NCBI GenBank assembly: GCA_963803805.1
Contig: CAWDOD010000010.1
Location: 64,001 to 128,000 of the forward strand
Origin: an uncultured cyanobacterium
GTDB taxonomy: Bacteria; Cyanobacteriota; Cyanobacteriia; Cyanobacteriales; CAWCAG01
Length of the DNA: 64,000 nucleotides
Direction of reading: 5' to 3'
Position numbers and translations under genes: made by a program. Shown here piece by piece: positions 10,424 to 21,718 of this stretch. How positions within the stretch are numbered: the first letter of the stretch is position 1; each line of letters begins with the position of its first letter. The notes under the pieces are model-generated. The model saw only the letters and a program-made list of their open reading frames with translations. It did no database searches and was not told the origin of the DNA.

Positions 10424-11998
10424 TTAAGTATTTTTCTGTTTACAAGGAATCTCTACAATAAACTCTGTCCCTTCTCCCACAGAGGAAACACATTTTAAAA
10501 AGCCGCTATGCCTTTCAGTAACTACCTGAAAACTAATAGACATAGCTAAACCTGTTCCTTTGCCTACAGGTTTGGTGGTAAAGAAAGGATCGAAAACTTT
10601 TTGCTGTACTTCCAGTGGCATTCCTGTCCCATTATCAACAATACGAATAACAACTCGATCTGGTTCACCATTCTGGTCAAGAATCCCTCTAGTATAAATC
10701 TGAATGGTCGGGACTTTTTCCTTCATTTCTCCTTGATCTATCGCTTTTTCTAAAGCATCAATAGCATTATTAAGAATATTCATAAAAACTTGGTTAAGCT
10801 GTCCGGCGTAGCACTCCACCAAAGGCAAATTATCATATTCTTTAATAACTTGAATCACAGGATACCCAGCTTGAACCTTAAAACGATTTTGCAAAATCAT
10901 TAAGGTACTATCAAGACCAGAATGAATATCTACTTGCTTGAGATTAGATTCGTCAAGACGAGAAAAGTTACGTAAAGAAAGAATAATATCTCGAATGCGA
11001 GTAGCTCCCATGTGCATAGATTGTAAGAGCTTAGATAGATCTTCTTCAATAAAACTCAAATCAATTTCTTCTATTTTTGAGTCAATTTTTTCATTATATT
11101 GAGGATATTCTTTTTGGTATAAATGAAGGAGTGCTAATATATCTTTAGTATACTCACTAGCATAAATAAGATTACCAAAAATAAAGTTAACTGGATTATT
11201 AATTTCGTGGGCAATCCCAGCAACTAACTGCCCTAAACTAGACATTTTCTCAGTTTGAATTAAATGAGATTGAGCATTACTTAGTTTACTAATTGTTTCC
11301 TGCAATTCATGGGCTTTACTATCAACCTGTTTATAAAGCTGACACTGTTTAATCGCAATAGAAGCTTGACTAACCAAATTTGCTAAACCGAGAATAAAAT
11401 CCCCTTCTGGCTCTACACGGGAATGGTATTGAGCATTATTAATAGTATTTCCTACTAACAATAATATTTTGGGTTGCCGTTGTTCTATACCTAAAGGAAA
11501 AAGAACGTATTCTTCCATACCGAAAGTAGAACAAAGTTTCTGTAAATTAGGACTATGATAATAGTCTGGAGCGCACATTAAATATTCAGCAAGGGAAAAT
11601 AAAGAGAAGATACCGGATTTTCCTAAATCAAACTGGGATTTTTCGATCTGTTGTGCTTCTTGCTCTTCATAATAACCATCCCAGATTATGGGAGTAAAAC
11701 AATCTTGCTTCTGAGCGTAACTAAGAATCAAACAGCGCTCAAAGTTAAGCTCATAAAGAACGAAATGAGGAATTAGACTAAGAATTTCTTCAATATCAAA
11801 GGTATTATTAAACTGTTTGCCAATTTCATAAAGTTCTCTATAGATACTAATCTGGCTATCTAATTTGTTTCGAGAAGCATGAAGTTCGCTTTCAGTTTTA
11901 ACTAATTGCTTAACTTGGGCAGATAAACGCTGATTTTGTTCGCTTAACTGCTGCAAGTTATTTTCTAGCTGGATTGACTGTCTACTTGAATCTTGCAT
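10424..11998 (-). CDS. Sensor histidine kinase (GAF-like input domain)
   Basis: [21 protein letters not shown]-box, N-box NAIDA, DNGTG and [13 protein letters not shown]. Confidence 0.92.
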   Translation of the reverse strand: MQDSSRQSIQLENNLQQLSEQNQRLSAQVKQLVKTESELHASRNKLDSQISIYRELYEIGKQFNNTFDIEEILSLIPHFVLYELNFERCLILSYAQKQDCFTPIIWDGYYEEQEAQQIEKSQFDLGKSGIFSLFSLAEYLMCAPDYYHSPNLQKLCSTFGMEEYVLFPLGIEQRQPKILLLVGNTINNAQYHSRVEPEGDFILGLANLVSQASIAIKQCQLYKQVDSKAHELQETISKLSNAQSHLIQTEKMSSLGQLVAGIAHEINNPVNFIFGNLIYASEYTKDILALLHLYQKEYPQYNEKIDSKIEEIDLSFIEEDLSKLLQSMHMGATRIRDIILSLRNFSRLDESNLKQVDIHSGLDSTLMILQNRFKVQAGYPVIQVIKEYDNLPLVECYAGQLNQVFMNILNNAIDALEKAIDQGEMKEKVPTIQIYTRGILDQNGEPDRVVIRIVDNGTGMPLEVQQKVFDPFFTTKPVGKGTGLAMSISFQVVTERHSGFLKCVSSVGEGTEFIVEIPCKQKNT

Positions 11999-12103
11999 AG
12001 GTATGGGAGCAATAGACTATTTAACTTTTCAAGCTTCGTAAATTCCCGACCAAAAACTATCTTAGTAGACTAATACCAAACTTAAAGTATAACCAAAGTT
12101 ATT

Positions 12104-13288
12104 TTAATAGATTACTCCCAACACCAAAGTGTAATTATGAAAGCAGTTATGATTTCCCACTGGAGCAATTTCGCCATTGGTATAAAATCCTAACCAAGGA
12201 ATATTCATTCCAATATTTTTTTGTAGCCGGTTTAAAAGTTGAGTTTTCTCTTCTCCACGAAAGATGCTCCCCCTACCAAAACAATCAAAATGAAAAACCA
12301 ATTTAGCTTGGCGATCGCCTAATTGATTCTTAATTTGTTCCGTCATTATATCAAGACCGCTGATAATTTTAGTCCGATCTCGCAAAGTCATCCAAATACT
12401 TGTCCCTTCTGCTATCTCTGTTTGTAAACTAACCGAACCCGCAGCATCATCTTTGCTAGGAAGAAAACGGATTAAATACTCGTCATAATCTTGCATATAT
12501 CCTGGCGCTTTAAGTCCTAAACAAAGATTACCTACGGCTTCGCTCCAATTTTCAATTTCTTCTTCATTAAGATATTCTTTCAATACTTCTAAAACTGGCT
12601 GATCATCGATTTCATAAATAACATTTCCTTCACAGCGAGTTACCTTGCGCTCACTACCAATAGGTTCACAACCATGGTTAACAGCCCAAGCTAGATTAAC
12701 TCCGCCAGAAATTAAAGTCGCTACCACTCCATCAGAAACTACCCGGTCGTTATAATATTGGTAAGTATTTTTCCTATTTAAGTTGTAACCAGAAGCACCG
12801 CCGAGAAGAGGTAAAAAGACATCCAAATTAAGCTTGGCTTCCAAACCCGCTACAAAACGGTCAAAATTAATGCTTATGCCATCAGCGAACAAAAATGCTC
12901 CTAAGCTATCTGAAGTGATTTGAGGTTTAATTGCTTGGGCGATCGCTTCCCCAACCTGATGAGGATTTTCTTTTAAGCCGACTTGTAAATAATTGCTGAA
13001 GCGAAGCTGATCAGAACTAATTACCATAACTGCCACAGCGAAGTTGGAATTATCGACCCAATCCCTACCAATTATGCCCCAAGCCGAACAACCACTAAGG
13101 GGAGCATAGCCTGTTTTTTCCCTAACTACATCTACTAGCTTTTGTTGGTTGTAACCTGTGGAGGCGAACATAAATACGAAATCAGGCTTTTCTATACCAG
13201 TTTCTTGAAGTGCTTGCTCAACAGCCTCTTGTCCAGCTACTGTGACATTACGATGGTAGCTAGTTCCCACGCCTGCTTTAATATTCAT
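12104..13288 (-). CDS. FIST N/C domain sensory protein
   Basis: GCSAWG, LGGASG, HGCEPIG, FDCFGRG and GFYTNGEIAP..FHNYT motifs; lies upstream of the kinase. Confidence 0.88.
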   Translation of the reverse strand: MNIKAGVGTSYHRNVTVAGQEAVEQALQETGIEKPDFVFMFASTGYNQQKLVDVVREKTGYAPLSGCSAWGIIGRDWVDNSNFAVAVMVISSDQLRFSNYLQVGLKENPHQVGEAIAQAIKPQITSDSLGAFLFADGISINFDRFVAGLEAKLNLDVFLPLLGGASGYNLNRKNTYQYYNDRVVSDGVVATLISGGVNLAWAVNHGCEPIGSERKVTRCEGNVIYEIDDQPVLEVLKEYLNEEEIENWSEAVGNLCLGLKAPGYMQDYDEYLIRFLPSKDDAAGSVSLQTEIAEGTSIWMTLRDRTKIISGLDIMTEQIKNQLGDRQAKLVFHFDCFGRGSIFRGEEKTQLLNRLQKNIGMNIPWLGFYTNGEIAPVGNHNCFHNYTLVLGVIY

Positions 13289-13572
13289 AAATCCCTTGGT
13301 TAAGATACTGATGTTCCCAGAGTTCCTTTTTAGAGTCCTAACTTCTTTAACTCTTTTTCTGGGTATAAATCCGGAAAATCATCTTAAATCCCAACTAGCC
13401 TAGGCAAAAGGTTAGGACAAGGGAGAAAAATTAATTTTATCTTCCGATAGCTGCGTTAATTGTTCTTGAGAAACTTTTATACTATCCAATTAATGACTCT
13501 CCAACTGATAAACTTAGATAGTGCTTCTTTGTTAATAGCTATTAGCTATTAGTATCTTTTAATTTTTGCTAA

Positions 13573-15114
13573 ATGAATCCTAATACTATTGCTTCTCGTT
13601 ATCAAAAATCTCCTGATTCCCAACAATTTGATGCTGTTATTATTGGCTCTGGTATTGGTGCATTGGTAACTGCCACTCAACTTGCTGCCAAAGGAGCCAA
13701 AGTTTTAGTTTTAGAAAGATATATAATCCCTGGAGGCAGTGCCGGGTATTTTGAGCGAGAAGGCTATCGCTTTGATGTGGGAGCATCAATGATTTTTGGT
13801 TTTGGGACAGAAGGAACAACTAACTTATTAACTCGCGCTTTAGAAGCTGTTAACGTTAGCTTAGAAACCATTCCTGATTCTGTACAAATTCATTACCATT
13901 TACCTGATAACCTAGAATTAAAAGTTCATAAAGATTATGAAAAATTTTTAACTGAACTAATTAGTAAATTTCCTCAAGAAGAAGTAGGTATTCGCCGTTT
14001 TTACGATGAATGTTGGCGAGTATTTAATTGTCTAAATACTATGGACTTACTCTCCTTAGAAGAACTAGGTTATTTAACCAGGGTATTCTTGCAACATCCT
14101 TTAGCTTGTTTAGGATTAGTTAAATACTTACCTCAAAATGCCGGAGATATTGCCCGTCGCTACATCAGCGATCCTCAATTGCTAAAATTCATTGATATGG
14201 AGTGTTACTGTTGGTCAGTGGTTCCAGCAGATAAAACCCCCATGATTAATGCCGGAATGGTCTTTTCCGACCGCCATTATGGAGGCATTAACTACCCGAA
14301 AGGAGGGGTGGGACAAATAGCCCAAAAATTAGTAGAAGGGTTAGAAAAAGCTGGAGGGAAAATCCTTTATAAAGCGAGAGTAAATGAGATTATTTTAGAA
14401 AATGGTCAAGCAGTAGGAGTAAAGTTAGCTACCGGGGAGGAATATCGCGCTCGAAGAATCATTTCTAATGCTACTCGTTGGGATACTTTTGATAAACTAT
14501 TACCTCCTCAAGTAATGCCAAAGAAAGAAAAAAGCTGGCAAAAACGTTACCAAAAATCCCCTAGTTTTTTAAGTTTACATTTAGGAGTTAAAGCAGAATT
14601 GCTTCCCCCTAGTACAGAATGTCATCACATTTTCTTAGAAGATTGGCAACAAATGGAAGCTTCTCAAGGAACTATTTTCGTCTCTATTCCTACCTTACTA
14701 GACCCAGATTTAGCTCCAAGGGGACATCATATCATCCATACTTTTACCCCTAGTTTTATAGAAGATTGGCAGGGATTAACCACTAAAGAATACCGTGATA
14801 AAAAAGAAACAGCAGCAGATAAATTAATCTCTCGATTAGAAAAAATCTTTCCTGGTATCATAGCCGCAATAGACTACCAAGAAGTCGGCACTCCCCGTAC
14901 CCACAGGCGTTTCCTGGGTCGAGAAGATGGGACTTATGGTCCTATTCCCAGAAGTAAATTACCAGGTTTACTGGGAATGCCCTTTAATCGTACTTCCATA
15001 CCGGGTTTGTATTGCGTTGGGGATAGTACTTTTCCAGGGCAGGGTTTAAATGCTGTAGCCTTTTCTGGCTTTGCTTGCGCCCATCGGGTAGCGGTTGATT
15101 TGGGGTTAAGCTAG
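13573..15114 (+). CDS. crtH: Carotenoid isomerase CrtH
   Basis: FAD-binding [31 protein letters not shown] and [17 protein letters not shown]. Confidence 0.92.
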   Translation: MNPNTIASRYQKSPDSQQFDAVIIGSGIGALVTATQLAAKGAKVLVLERYIIPGGSAGYFEREGYRFDVGASMIFGFGTEGTTNLLTRALEAVNVSLETIPDSVQIHYHLPDNLELKVHKDYEKFLTELISKFPQEEVGIRRFYDECWRVFNCLNTMDLLSLEELGYLTRVFLQHPLACLGLVKYLPQNAGDIARRYISDPQLLKFIDMECYCWSVVPADKTPMINAGMVFSDRHYGGINYPKGGVGQIAQKLVEGLEKAGGKILYKARVNEIILENGQAVGVKLATGEEYRARRIISNATRWDTFDKLLPPQVMPKKEKSWQKRYQKSPSFLSLHLGVKAELLPPSTECHHIFLEDWQQMEASQGTIFVSIPTLLDPDLAPRGHHIIHTFTPSFIEDWQGLTTKEYRDKKETAADKLISRLEKIFPGIIAAIDYQEVGTPRTHRRFLGREDGTYGPIPRSKLPGLLGMPFNRTSIPGLYCVGDSTFPGQGLNAVAFSGFACAHRVAVDLGLS

Positions 15115-15179
15115 TTGCTAGTCGCTAATTGCTTTGGTGAGGATATTTTACTCATGGGAATACTTCAAATACATAGACG

Positions 15180-15218
15180 AAAACACCGCTACACCAATCA
15201 TAAGTTGGTGTAACGGTG
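15180..15218 (-). terminator. Probable intrinsic terminator of the TROVE/vWA operon
   Basis: Minus strand reads CACCGTTACACCAA-7 nt-TTGGTGTAGCGGTG followed by TTTT (14-bp stem with one G-U pair). Confidence 0.6.
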
Positions 15219-15357
15219 GGCTTGCCAATTTACTTTTGAGAAGTAGTATGATAGCAAACTCTGCTGCGCTACTCCCTACTCCCTACAGTAGACACGACAA
15301 CCATAAGCGCGTATCCTACCCTAACAAATAATCTGGGCAACTAACCCGGTTTAGTAA

Positions 15358-16812
<1,455 letters not shown>

Positions 16813-16882
16813 TTATCAATTGATAATTGACAATTGTCAAAAAATTCGGGTTTAAGAGGCAGATGTCGCCGAGTTATTAAAA

Positions 16883-16953
16883 GCCGCGCAAGTTAAGAAA
16901 GCTTGTTTTCTGGGAAAGAGAAAGTATGTATGCTCTCTAGATTAGGGCGCAGC
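16883..16953 (-). ncRNA. Structured RNA unit 1: minimal unit with conserved stem only
   Basis: GCTGCGCCCTAATCTAGAGAGCATACATACT...AGCTTTCTTAACTTGCGCGGC; same arms as units 2-5. Confidence 0.7.
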
Positions 16954-17076
16954 AACAGCTACCGTTGTCAAGTCAATCATTCATTGGTGTTCCGCAAAGT
17001 AGGTTGCAGGGAAGCCTTTTTGTAACTCAAAAGGCAAAAGAATAATAACTACTCCCCACTCCCCACTTCCTCCTTC

Positions 17077-17463
17077 TTACTTCAAAACAACTGTTGCACC
17101 AACTGCTTCTAACTGAATTTTGGTTGCTTCAGCTATTTGAAGATCCACTGACTGATTAATAGTTGTAGGAATAGAATCAACCATCTGTTTTGATTCTCGC
17201 AAGCTTGTCCCTATTAGGCTTCGTAATGCTTTAATGATGGCAATCTTATTTTCAGTAGGGACTTGCTCTAAAACTACATCAAATTCCATTGGCTTTTCAG
17301 AATGCTCCCCGGTTAGGTTAATTGGATCAAGGCTATAGGCAAAGGTGACTTGAGAAAACATATCTACATTGAAAACTGCTTCAATTTGCTTCACCAATGC
17401 CTGTGTTTCTTGAGAAGTTAGAGTTTGCAGTTGTTCAAGTATTTGTGAAGTTACTGTAGACAT
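17077..17463 (-). CDS. Ribosomal protein bL12 (L7/L12) paralog
   Basis: N-domain QILEQLQTLT..LVKQIEAVFNV and C-domain EFDVVLEQVP..KIAIIKALR..LEAVGATVVLK. AGGAGG RBS. Not adjacent to rplJ. Confidence 0.85.
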   Translation of the reverse strand: MSTVTSQILEQLQTLTSQETQALVKQIEAVFNVDMFSQVTFAYSLDPINLTGEHSEKPMEFDVVLEQVPTENKIAIIKALRSLIGTSLRESKQMVDSIPTTINQSVDLQIAEATKIQLEAVGATVVLK

Positions 17464-17489
17464 AAATATTCCCTCCTATAGAGGTGATG

Positions 17490-17646
17490 ATTTCCATACA
17501 AGTTAAGAAAGCTGTGTGTCACAATTTCTATCGCGTTTAACCACTCCGCCACAACTCCAATTGGGGTTGGTGGGAGTCGAACCCACGTATCTTTACAGAT
17601 AACAGATTCCTTAGTGTGTAAGCTTTTTAGATTGGGGTACGGAAAT
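17490..17646 (-). ncRNA. Y-RNA (YrlA)-like unit 2 with a permuted class II tRNA-like domain
   Basis: Order inside the shared stem: variable arm TATCT-GTAA-AGATA, T-arm GTGGG-TTCGACT-CCCAC, closed acceptor CAACCCC-AATT-GGAGTTG, D-arm TGGCGGAGTGGTTAAACGC. Confidence 0.82.
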
Positions 17647-17665
17647 ATTTTGGCGTGAAAATTAA

Positions 17666-17810
17666 ACCGCGTAAGTCAGTAAAGCTAGTTCAGATACATT
17701 CCACTGCTCTACTAACTGAGCTACATCCCCTTGACAACGGAGATGGTAGGAGTTGCACCTACGACCGATGGATCAACATAGTATGTAAGCTTTGCAAGTT
17801 GGGACGCGGT
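17666..17810 (-). ncRNA. Y-RNA (YrlA)-like unit 3 with a permuted tRNA-like domain (Ala-like acceptor)
   Basis: T-arm GTAGG-TGCAACT-CCTAC, acceptor CATCTCC-8 nt-GGGGATG, D-arm TAGCTCAGTTAGTAGAGC, and TCCAT/GTGGA stem. Confidence 0.82.
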
Positions 17811-17833
17811 AGGAATTTAAGGAAAAAGTGACC

Positions 17834-17950
17834 TCGCGCAAGTTAAAAAAGCTGTTAAGTATACACAGGAATCGCACCTGCAACATCTTGATTATGAGTC
17901 AAGCGCTCTACTATTGAGCTAGTATGTAAGCTTCTTAAATTGGGGCGCGA
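17834..17950 (-). ncRNA. RNA unit 4: non-permuted tRNA body (anticodon CAU) fused into the shared stem
   Basis: D-arm TAGCTCAATAGTAGAGC, anticodon arm CTTGA-CTCATAA-TCAAG, T-arm GCAGG-TGCGATT-CCTGT. Only 4 acceptor base pairs form. Confidence 0.8.
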
Positions 17951-17987
17951 AGTGCTGAACTTTATAGGAGCAAGAATTTAAAGGTGA

Positions 17988-18194
17988 TCCCGCGTAAGTT
18001 AATCAAGCTGTTAATATACTGACGCTCTACCACTGAGCTATATCCCCCATATTTTACGGAGTTAGGTGGCTAGGGAGAAATTAATTTCTATCTCCCCATT
18101 TCCCTATTTCTAGGGGGGATAACAGGACTCGAACCTGTGACCTTCCGTTCCACAAACGAAAAAGTATGTAAGCTTAATAAGTTAGGACGCGGGA
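17988..18194 (-). ncRNA. Y-RNA (YrlA)-like unit 5 with a permuted tRNA-like domain and long acceptor loop
   Basis: T-arm ACAGG-TTCGAGT-CCTGT, acceptor TATCCCC ... GGGGATA closed by an approximately 65-nt insert, D-arm TAGCTCAGTGGTAGAGC. Confidence 0.82.
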
Positions 18195-18208
18195 ATTAAA
18201 ACTTTTAA

Positions 18209-18457
<249 letters not shown>

Positions 18458-18473
18458 TTATTTCGTTGTCTTT

Positions 18474-18503
18474 ATACTACACAAATGCTACAAGTCTTGT
18501 CAA
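18474..18503 (-). promoter_or_regulatory. Putative sigma70-type promoter for the ncRNA/TROVE operon
   Basis: Minus strand reads TTGACA-18 bp-TAGTAT, about 65 bp upstream of the first ORF. Confidence 0.55.
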
Positions 18504-18534
18504 GGGTTGAGGAAAAATTTATTTGGTTTAAAAT

Positions 18535-18550
18535 TAGTACATTTGTGCTA
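18535..18550. promoter_or_regulatory. Putative cyanobacterial LexA box
   Basis: TAGTACATTTGTGCTA, a near-palindrome resembling the RGTAC-N4-GTWC consensus, in the divergent intergenic region. Confidence 0.55.
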
Positions 18551-18583
18551 ATCTAACGATGTCAAGTTACGATCTTTGGTAAT

Positions 18584-19855
18584 TTGTCTGTTAATCTTTC
18601 CAGTATCCAGTTTCCCGGAGTTCACTGCTGCCGCCCCGTAGCAGTGGACTTATTTGCTGGTGCTGGAGGATTTTCTTTAGGCATTGAACAAGCAGGATTT
18701 GATGTAGTGATCGCAGTGGAAAAAGATCCTGTTCATGGGGCTGTACACCAGTTTAATTTTCCCTACAGTAAGGTATTATGTGCTGATCTAGGGACTCTTT
18801 CTGGCCAGGAGATTGAAAAGAACCTTAACCAAGAAATTGACCTGATCGTAGGCGGCCCGCCTTGTCAAGGGTTTTCAGTTATGGGTAAACGAAATCTTGA
18901 TGATGAGCGCAATAACTTAATTTTTCACTTTTGTCGCTTAGTTAAGGAACTACAACCCCGTTACTTCATTATGGAGAATGTTCCTGGTTTGACTCAAAAA
19001 AAGTATGCGGCAATTTTAATGAGGCTTAAAGAAGAGTTTAAATTAGCAGGTTATCAACTTACCGAACCCCTACAAATCCTCAACGCCGCAGCCTATGGAG
19101 TTCCTCAACAACGCCAGCGATTATTTTTATTAGGGACAAGAAAAGGGGAAAAGATTTTAACTTATCCCGATTTAGAACTAACTCCCTACCCAGTTACCGT
19201 AAGAGAGGCGATCGCAGATTTGCCAAACCTAGATGATTTTTGGGAATTGCAAAAGAGTGATGAAGTGGATTTATCACCAGAACGATTAGAACTTTGGGAA
19301 AATACAGCTAGCGATTATATCAAAACCTTACGAGGTTTAATTGATGATCCCCACAATTTTGCTTACCAACGTATCTGGAACCGAACCCAATTAACAAGTT
19401 CCAGGCAAACCCAACATACTACAACTTCTATCAATCGCTTTTGCCAAACGCTCCCAGGAAAAAGGGAAAGAATCAGTCATCTACAAAGATTAGTTTGGGA
19501 TAAACCCTGTCATACTTTACGGGCAGGAACAGGGGGAGAACGAGGTAGTTACACTTCTGCCCGTCCCCTCCATCCCCAATACCATCGGGTAATCTCGGTA
19601 CGAGAAGCCGCCCGGTTACATTCTTTTCCGGACTGGTTCCGTCTTCACACCACAAAATGGCATGGTTTCCGCCAAGTGGGAAATGCCGTTCCCCCTTTAC
19701 TAGGAAGAGTTTTGGGAAATCAAGTTACAGAGGCTTTGGGGATTAAAGCAGAAGTACCTCAACAAATTCTTGAATTAGGAGATGTGGCATTACTCCATTT
19801 AACTCATTCTCAAGCCGATCACTTTTTGAGGAGAGGGGAAGGGGGAAGGAAATAA
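18584..19855 (+). CDS. Orphan DNA (cytosine-5)-methyltransferase, possibly the HIP1/CGATCG-type cyanobacterial enzyme
   Basis: DLFAGAGG, GGPPCQGFS, ENVPG, PQQRQR and QVGNAVPP motifs. No adjacent restriction endonuclease. Specificity is inferred. Confidence 0.88.
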   Translation: MSVNLSSIQFPGVHCCRPVAVDLFAGAGGFSLGIEQAGFDVVIAVEKDPVHGAVHQFNFPYSKVLCADLGTLSGQEIEKNLNQEIDLIVGGPPCQGFSVMGKRNLDDERNNLIFHFCRLVKELQPRYFIMENVPGLTQKKYAAILMRLKEEFKLAGYQLTEPLQILNAAAYGVPQQRQRLFLLGTRKGEKILTYPDLELTPYPVTVREAIADLPNLDDFWELQKSDEVDLSPERLELWENTASDYIKTLRGLIDDPHNFAYQRIWNRTQLTSSRQTQHTTTSINRFCQTLPGKRERISHLQRLVWDKPCHTLRAGTGGERGSYTSARPLHPQYHRVISVREAARLHSFPDWFRLHTTKWHGFRQVGNAVPPLLGRVLGNQVTEALGIKAEVPQQILELGDVALLHLTHSQADHFLRRGEGGRK

Positions 19856-19923
19856 GTAATAAGTAATAAAGTTTTTAATAAGCTGTAGTTCTTACCTATT
19901 ACCTACTCCCTACTCCCTTATTC

Positions 19924-21012
19924 TCAAACAGTAACTGTCGCTTCTATTCCTAACTTATTCATCAAACGTCCAATATCAAAGTGTTCCTCCATCAAATTTT
20001 GGATACACTCAATTTTGATTGGTTCTTGAAAACGTACTTGACCAAAAGCTCAATCAGCTATTTCTACTGCGGTTAAGGTATCTTGATCCACTGACAAGAT
20101 TGGCACTTCCAAATCTTCAGCGCGAGAAAGAACAAAGTCTTGAGGCATAACGTTCCCCGTCAAAATCAAACAATTAGTAGAAGTTTCTAGGGCTGCTAAT
20201 TGGAGATCACTGCGATCGCCTCCAGTAATAACAACCATATTTCTTCGTTTGCGGAAATACTCTAGAGCTGAATTAACATTCATAGCACCAATAGTCAAAC
20301 TTTCCACCATCAAATCTAAACGATCTTCTCGACAAAGAACTTTCGCATCTAATTGTTGTTTCAATTCTCGGACGCTGACACTACGCAACAAGCTACTTCT
20401 AGGCAAAAGTCCTAAAACAGAAATACCTTGTTCTTCTAAAAATGGCTGAACTAAGGTTTGAGTCTTTTCTAACTCCTCTAGGGGAATGTCATTAATCAAA
20501 ACCCCTAACAAGGAGTTACCTAAGTGCCTTTTAGCTGCTATGAGACTATCTACCAAGTTCTGCTCTTGAAAACGAACTACTAATAAGATACAAGCATCTA
20601 CACTTTGGGCAATTTGCAGTAAGGATAAATTAAATAAGTTTCCTTCCTGTAAATTGCCCGGCCCTTCTAAAACAATTGCATCAGCATCTAATTCCTCAAC
20701 ATACTGTTTCAAAGAAGCTGTATAATCTGTTGAACCCTCACCGGCCAAGCGCTTTTCAATAGTATTGGCATCTTGACACAAAAGGGGCGAGCGTATTTGG
20801 GCCTCTGGCAAATTAAGGGCCTCAACCATAAACCGCACATCTTCTTCTACAAAATCTGTGTAGTCTTTACTTAAATAAGTCCCCAATGGTTTGCCGTAGG
20901 CTATGCCAACTCCTTTTGATTTAAGTTGCTTGGCCATACCGACAATTGTTGCTGACTTACCGCTGTAAGCTTCTATTGAACCGATCAATAAGCACTTGGC
21001 TGATTTTGCCAC
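19924..21012 (-). CDS. Phosphotransacetylase-family (BioD-like/DRTGG) protein, interrupted by an in-frame TGA at 20050-20052
   Basis: YSGKS, EGPG and ITGGDRSD motifs. The frame continues after TGA as AFGQVRFQEPIKI... to a stop at 19924. Confidence 0.85.
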
Positions 21013-21121
21013 GCTTTTAGCTCCTTTTTATCAGCAGTTTTTTATACATAAATTTATTCCCAGCCTATAGCTTAATCTGTTATTTCAGATTTAGACACCG
21101 TTGGGAAAAGGTTTGTATAAA

Positions 21122-21499
21122 TTACGATTCTTCAATACGTAGAAGTTTACGATAGAAAGCTCGAGAAAAGTCAACTGTCCGAGAACTTTTGAAAGTCATG
21201 ATCACTTCTAGTAAGTAATCTACTAGCTGGGAGTTAGCTATAGTTACTTCATAACTCAGTTCTGCATTACCATCAAATTGCAGGCGACAACGAGTCATTT
21301 CAGAAGGCAGCTTAGAAACAAACCAACTGGCTACAAAAGGTATACTTTCGCCACCTTCAATACGGCGTTCTCCTTCAAAGGAGCCTTGTTTATAAAGGCT
21401 GATAGCGAAAGGCAGGAGATTACGCTTGTTCCCTTGGTAATAAGGAGAATAAATACGAACGTCTGCTTTTTCAGCAGGTTTCAACTTTTCAATAGACAT
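21122..21499 (-). CDS. ebsA: Type IV pilus/secretion-associated protein EbsA
   Basis: IYSPYYQGNKR..LP.AISLY.QG..EGERRIEGG pattern recognised as cyanobacterial EbsA. Confidence 0.75.
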   Translation of the reverse strand: MSIEKLKPAEKADVRIYSPYYQGNKRNLLPFAISLYKQGSFEGERRIEGGESIPFVASWFVSKLPSEMTRCRLQFDGNAELSYEVTIANSQLVDYLLEVIMTFKSSRTVDFSRAFYRKLLRIEES

Positions 21500-21718
21500 A
21501 AGTGAAATTCTTCAATTTCCCTCAACATTGGCCCTGAAGTTTACACCCTAACATTCAATTTCCCTAATGGGCAATAACCATTTGTGATAACTTATATCAT
21601 TGATGATTAGATCATCAAACATTTATCACTGATTATTAGTCTCAGTCTTCCTTGGGTTTAAGCTAGATATAGCGAGGCTCACGAGCAGGTAAATCTTAAA
21701 TACCTGAAGTCTATCAGT

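Noticed and set aside
15134-15331. 65-aa ORF after crtH
   Set aside because: It spans a terminator hairpin and heptamer repeats, so it is probably spurious.
17490-18194. Ordinary tRNA gene cluster or phage/ICE attachment-site remnants
   Set aside because: The halves are in permuted order or lack a full acceptor stem, each is enclosed by the same non-tRNA stem, and there is no integrase nearby.
16883-18194. CRISPR array interpretation of the repeated arms
   Set aside because: Two alternating mutually pairing motifs enclose inserts of very different length (about 20-150 nt) that are structured tRNA-like domains. No cas genes are adjacent.
18584-19855. Restriction-modification system, or methyltransferase as part of the RNP operon
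   Set aside because: There is no endonuclease gene and it is divergently transcribed. It resembles a housekeeping orphan methyltransferase, so adjacency alone is not evidence of linkage.
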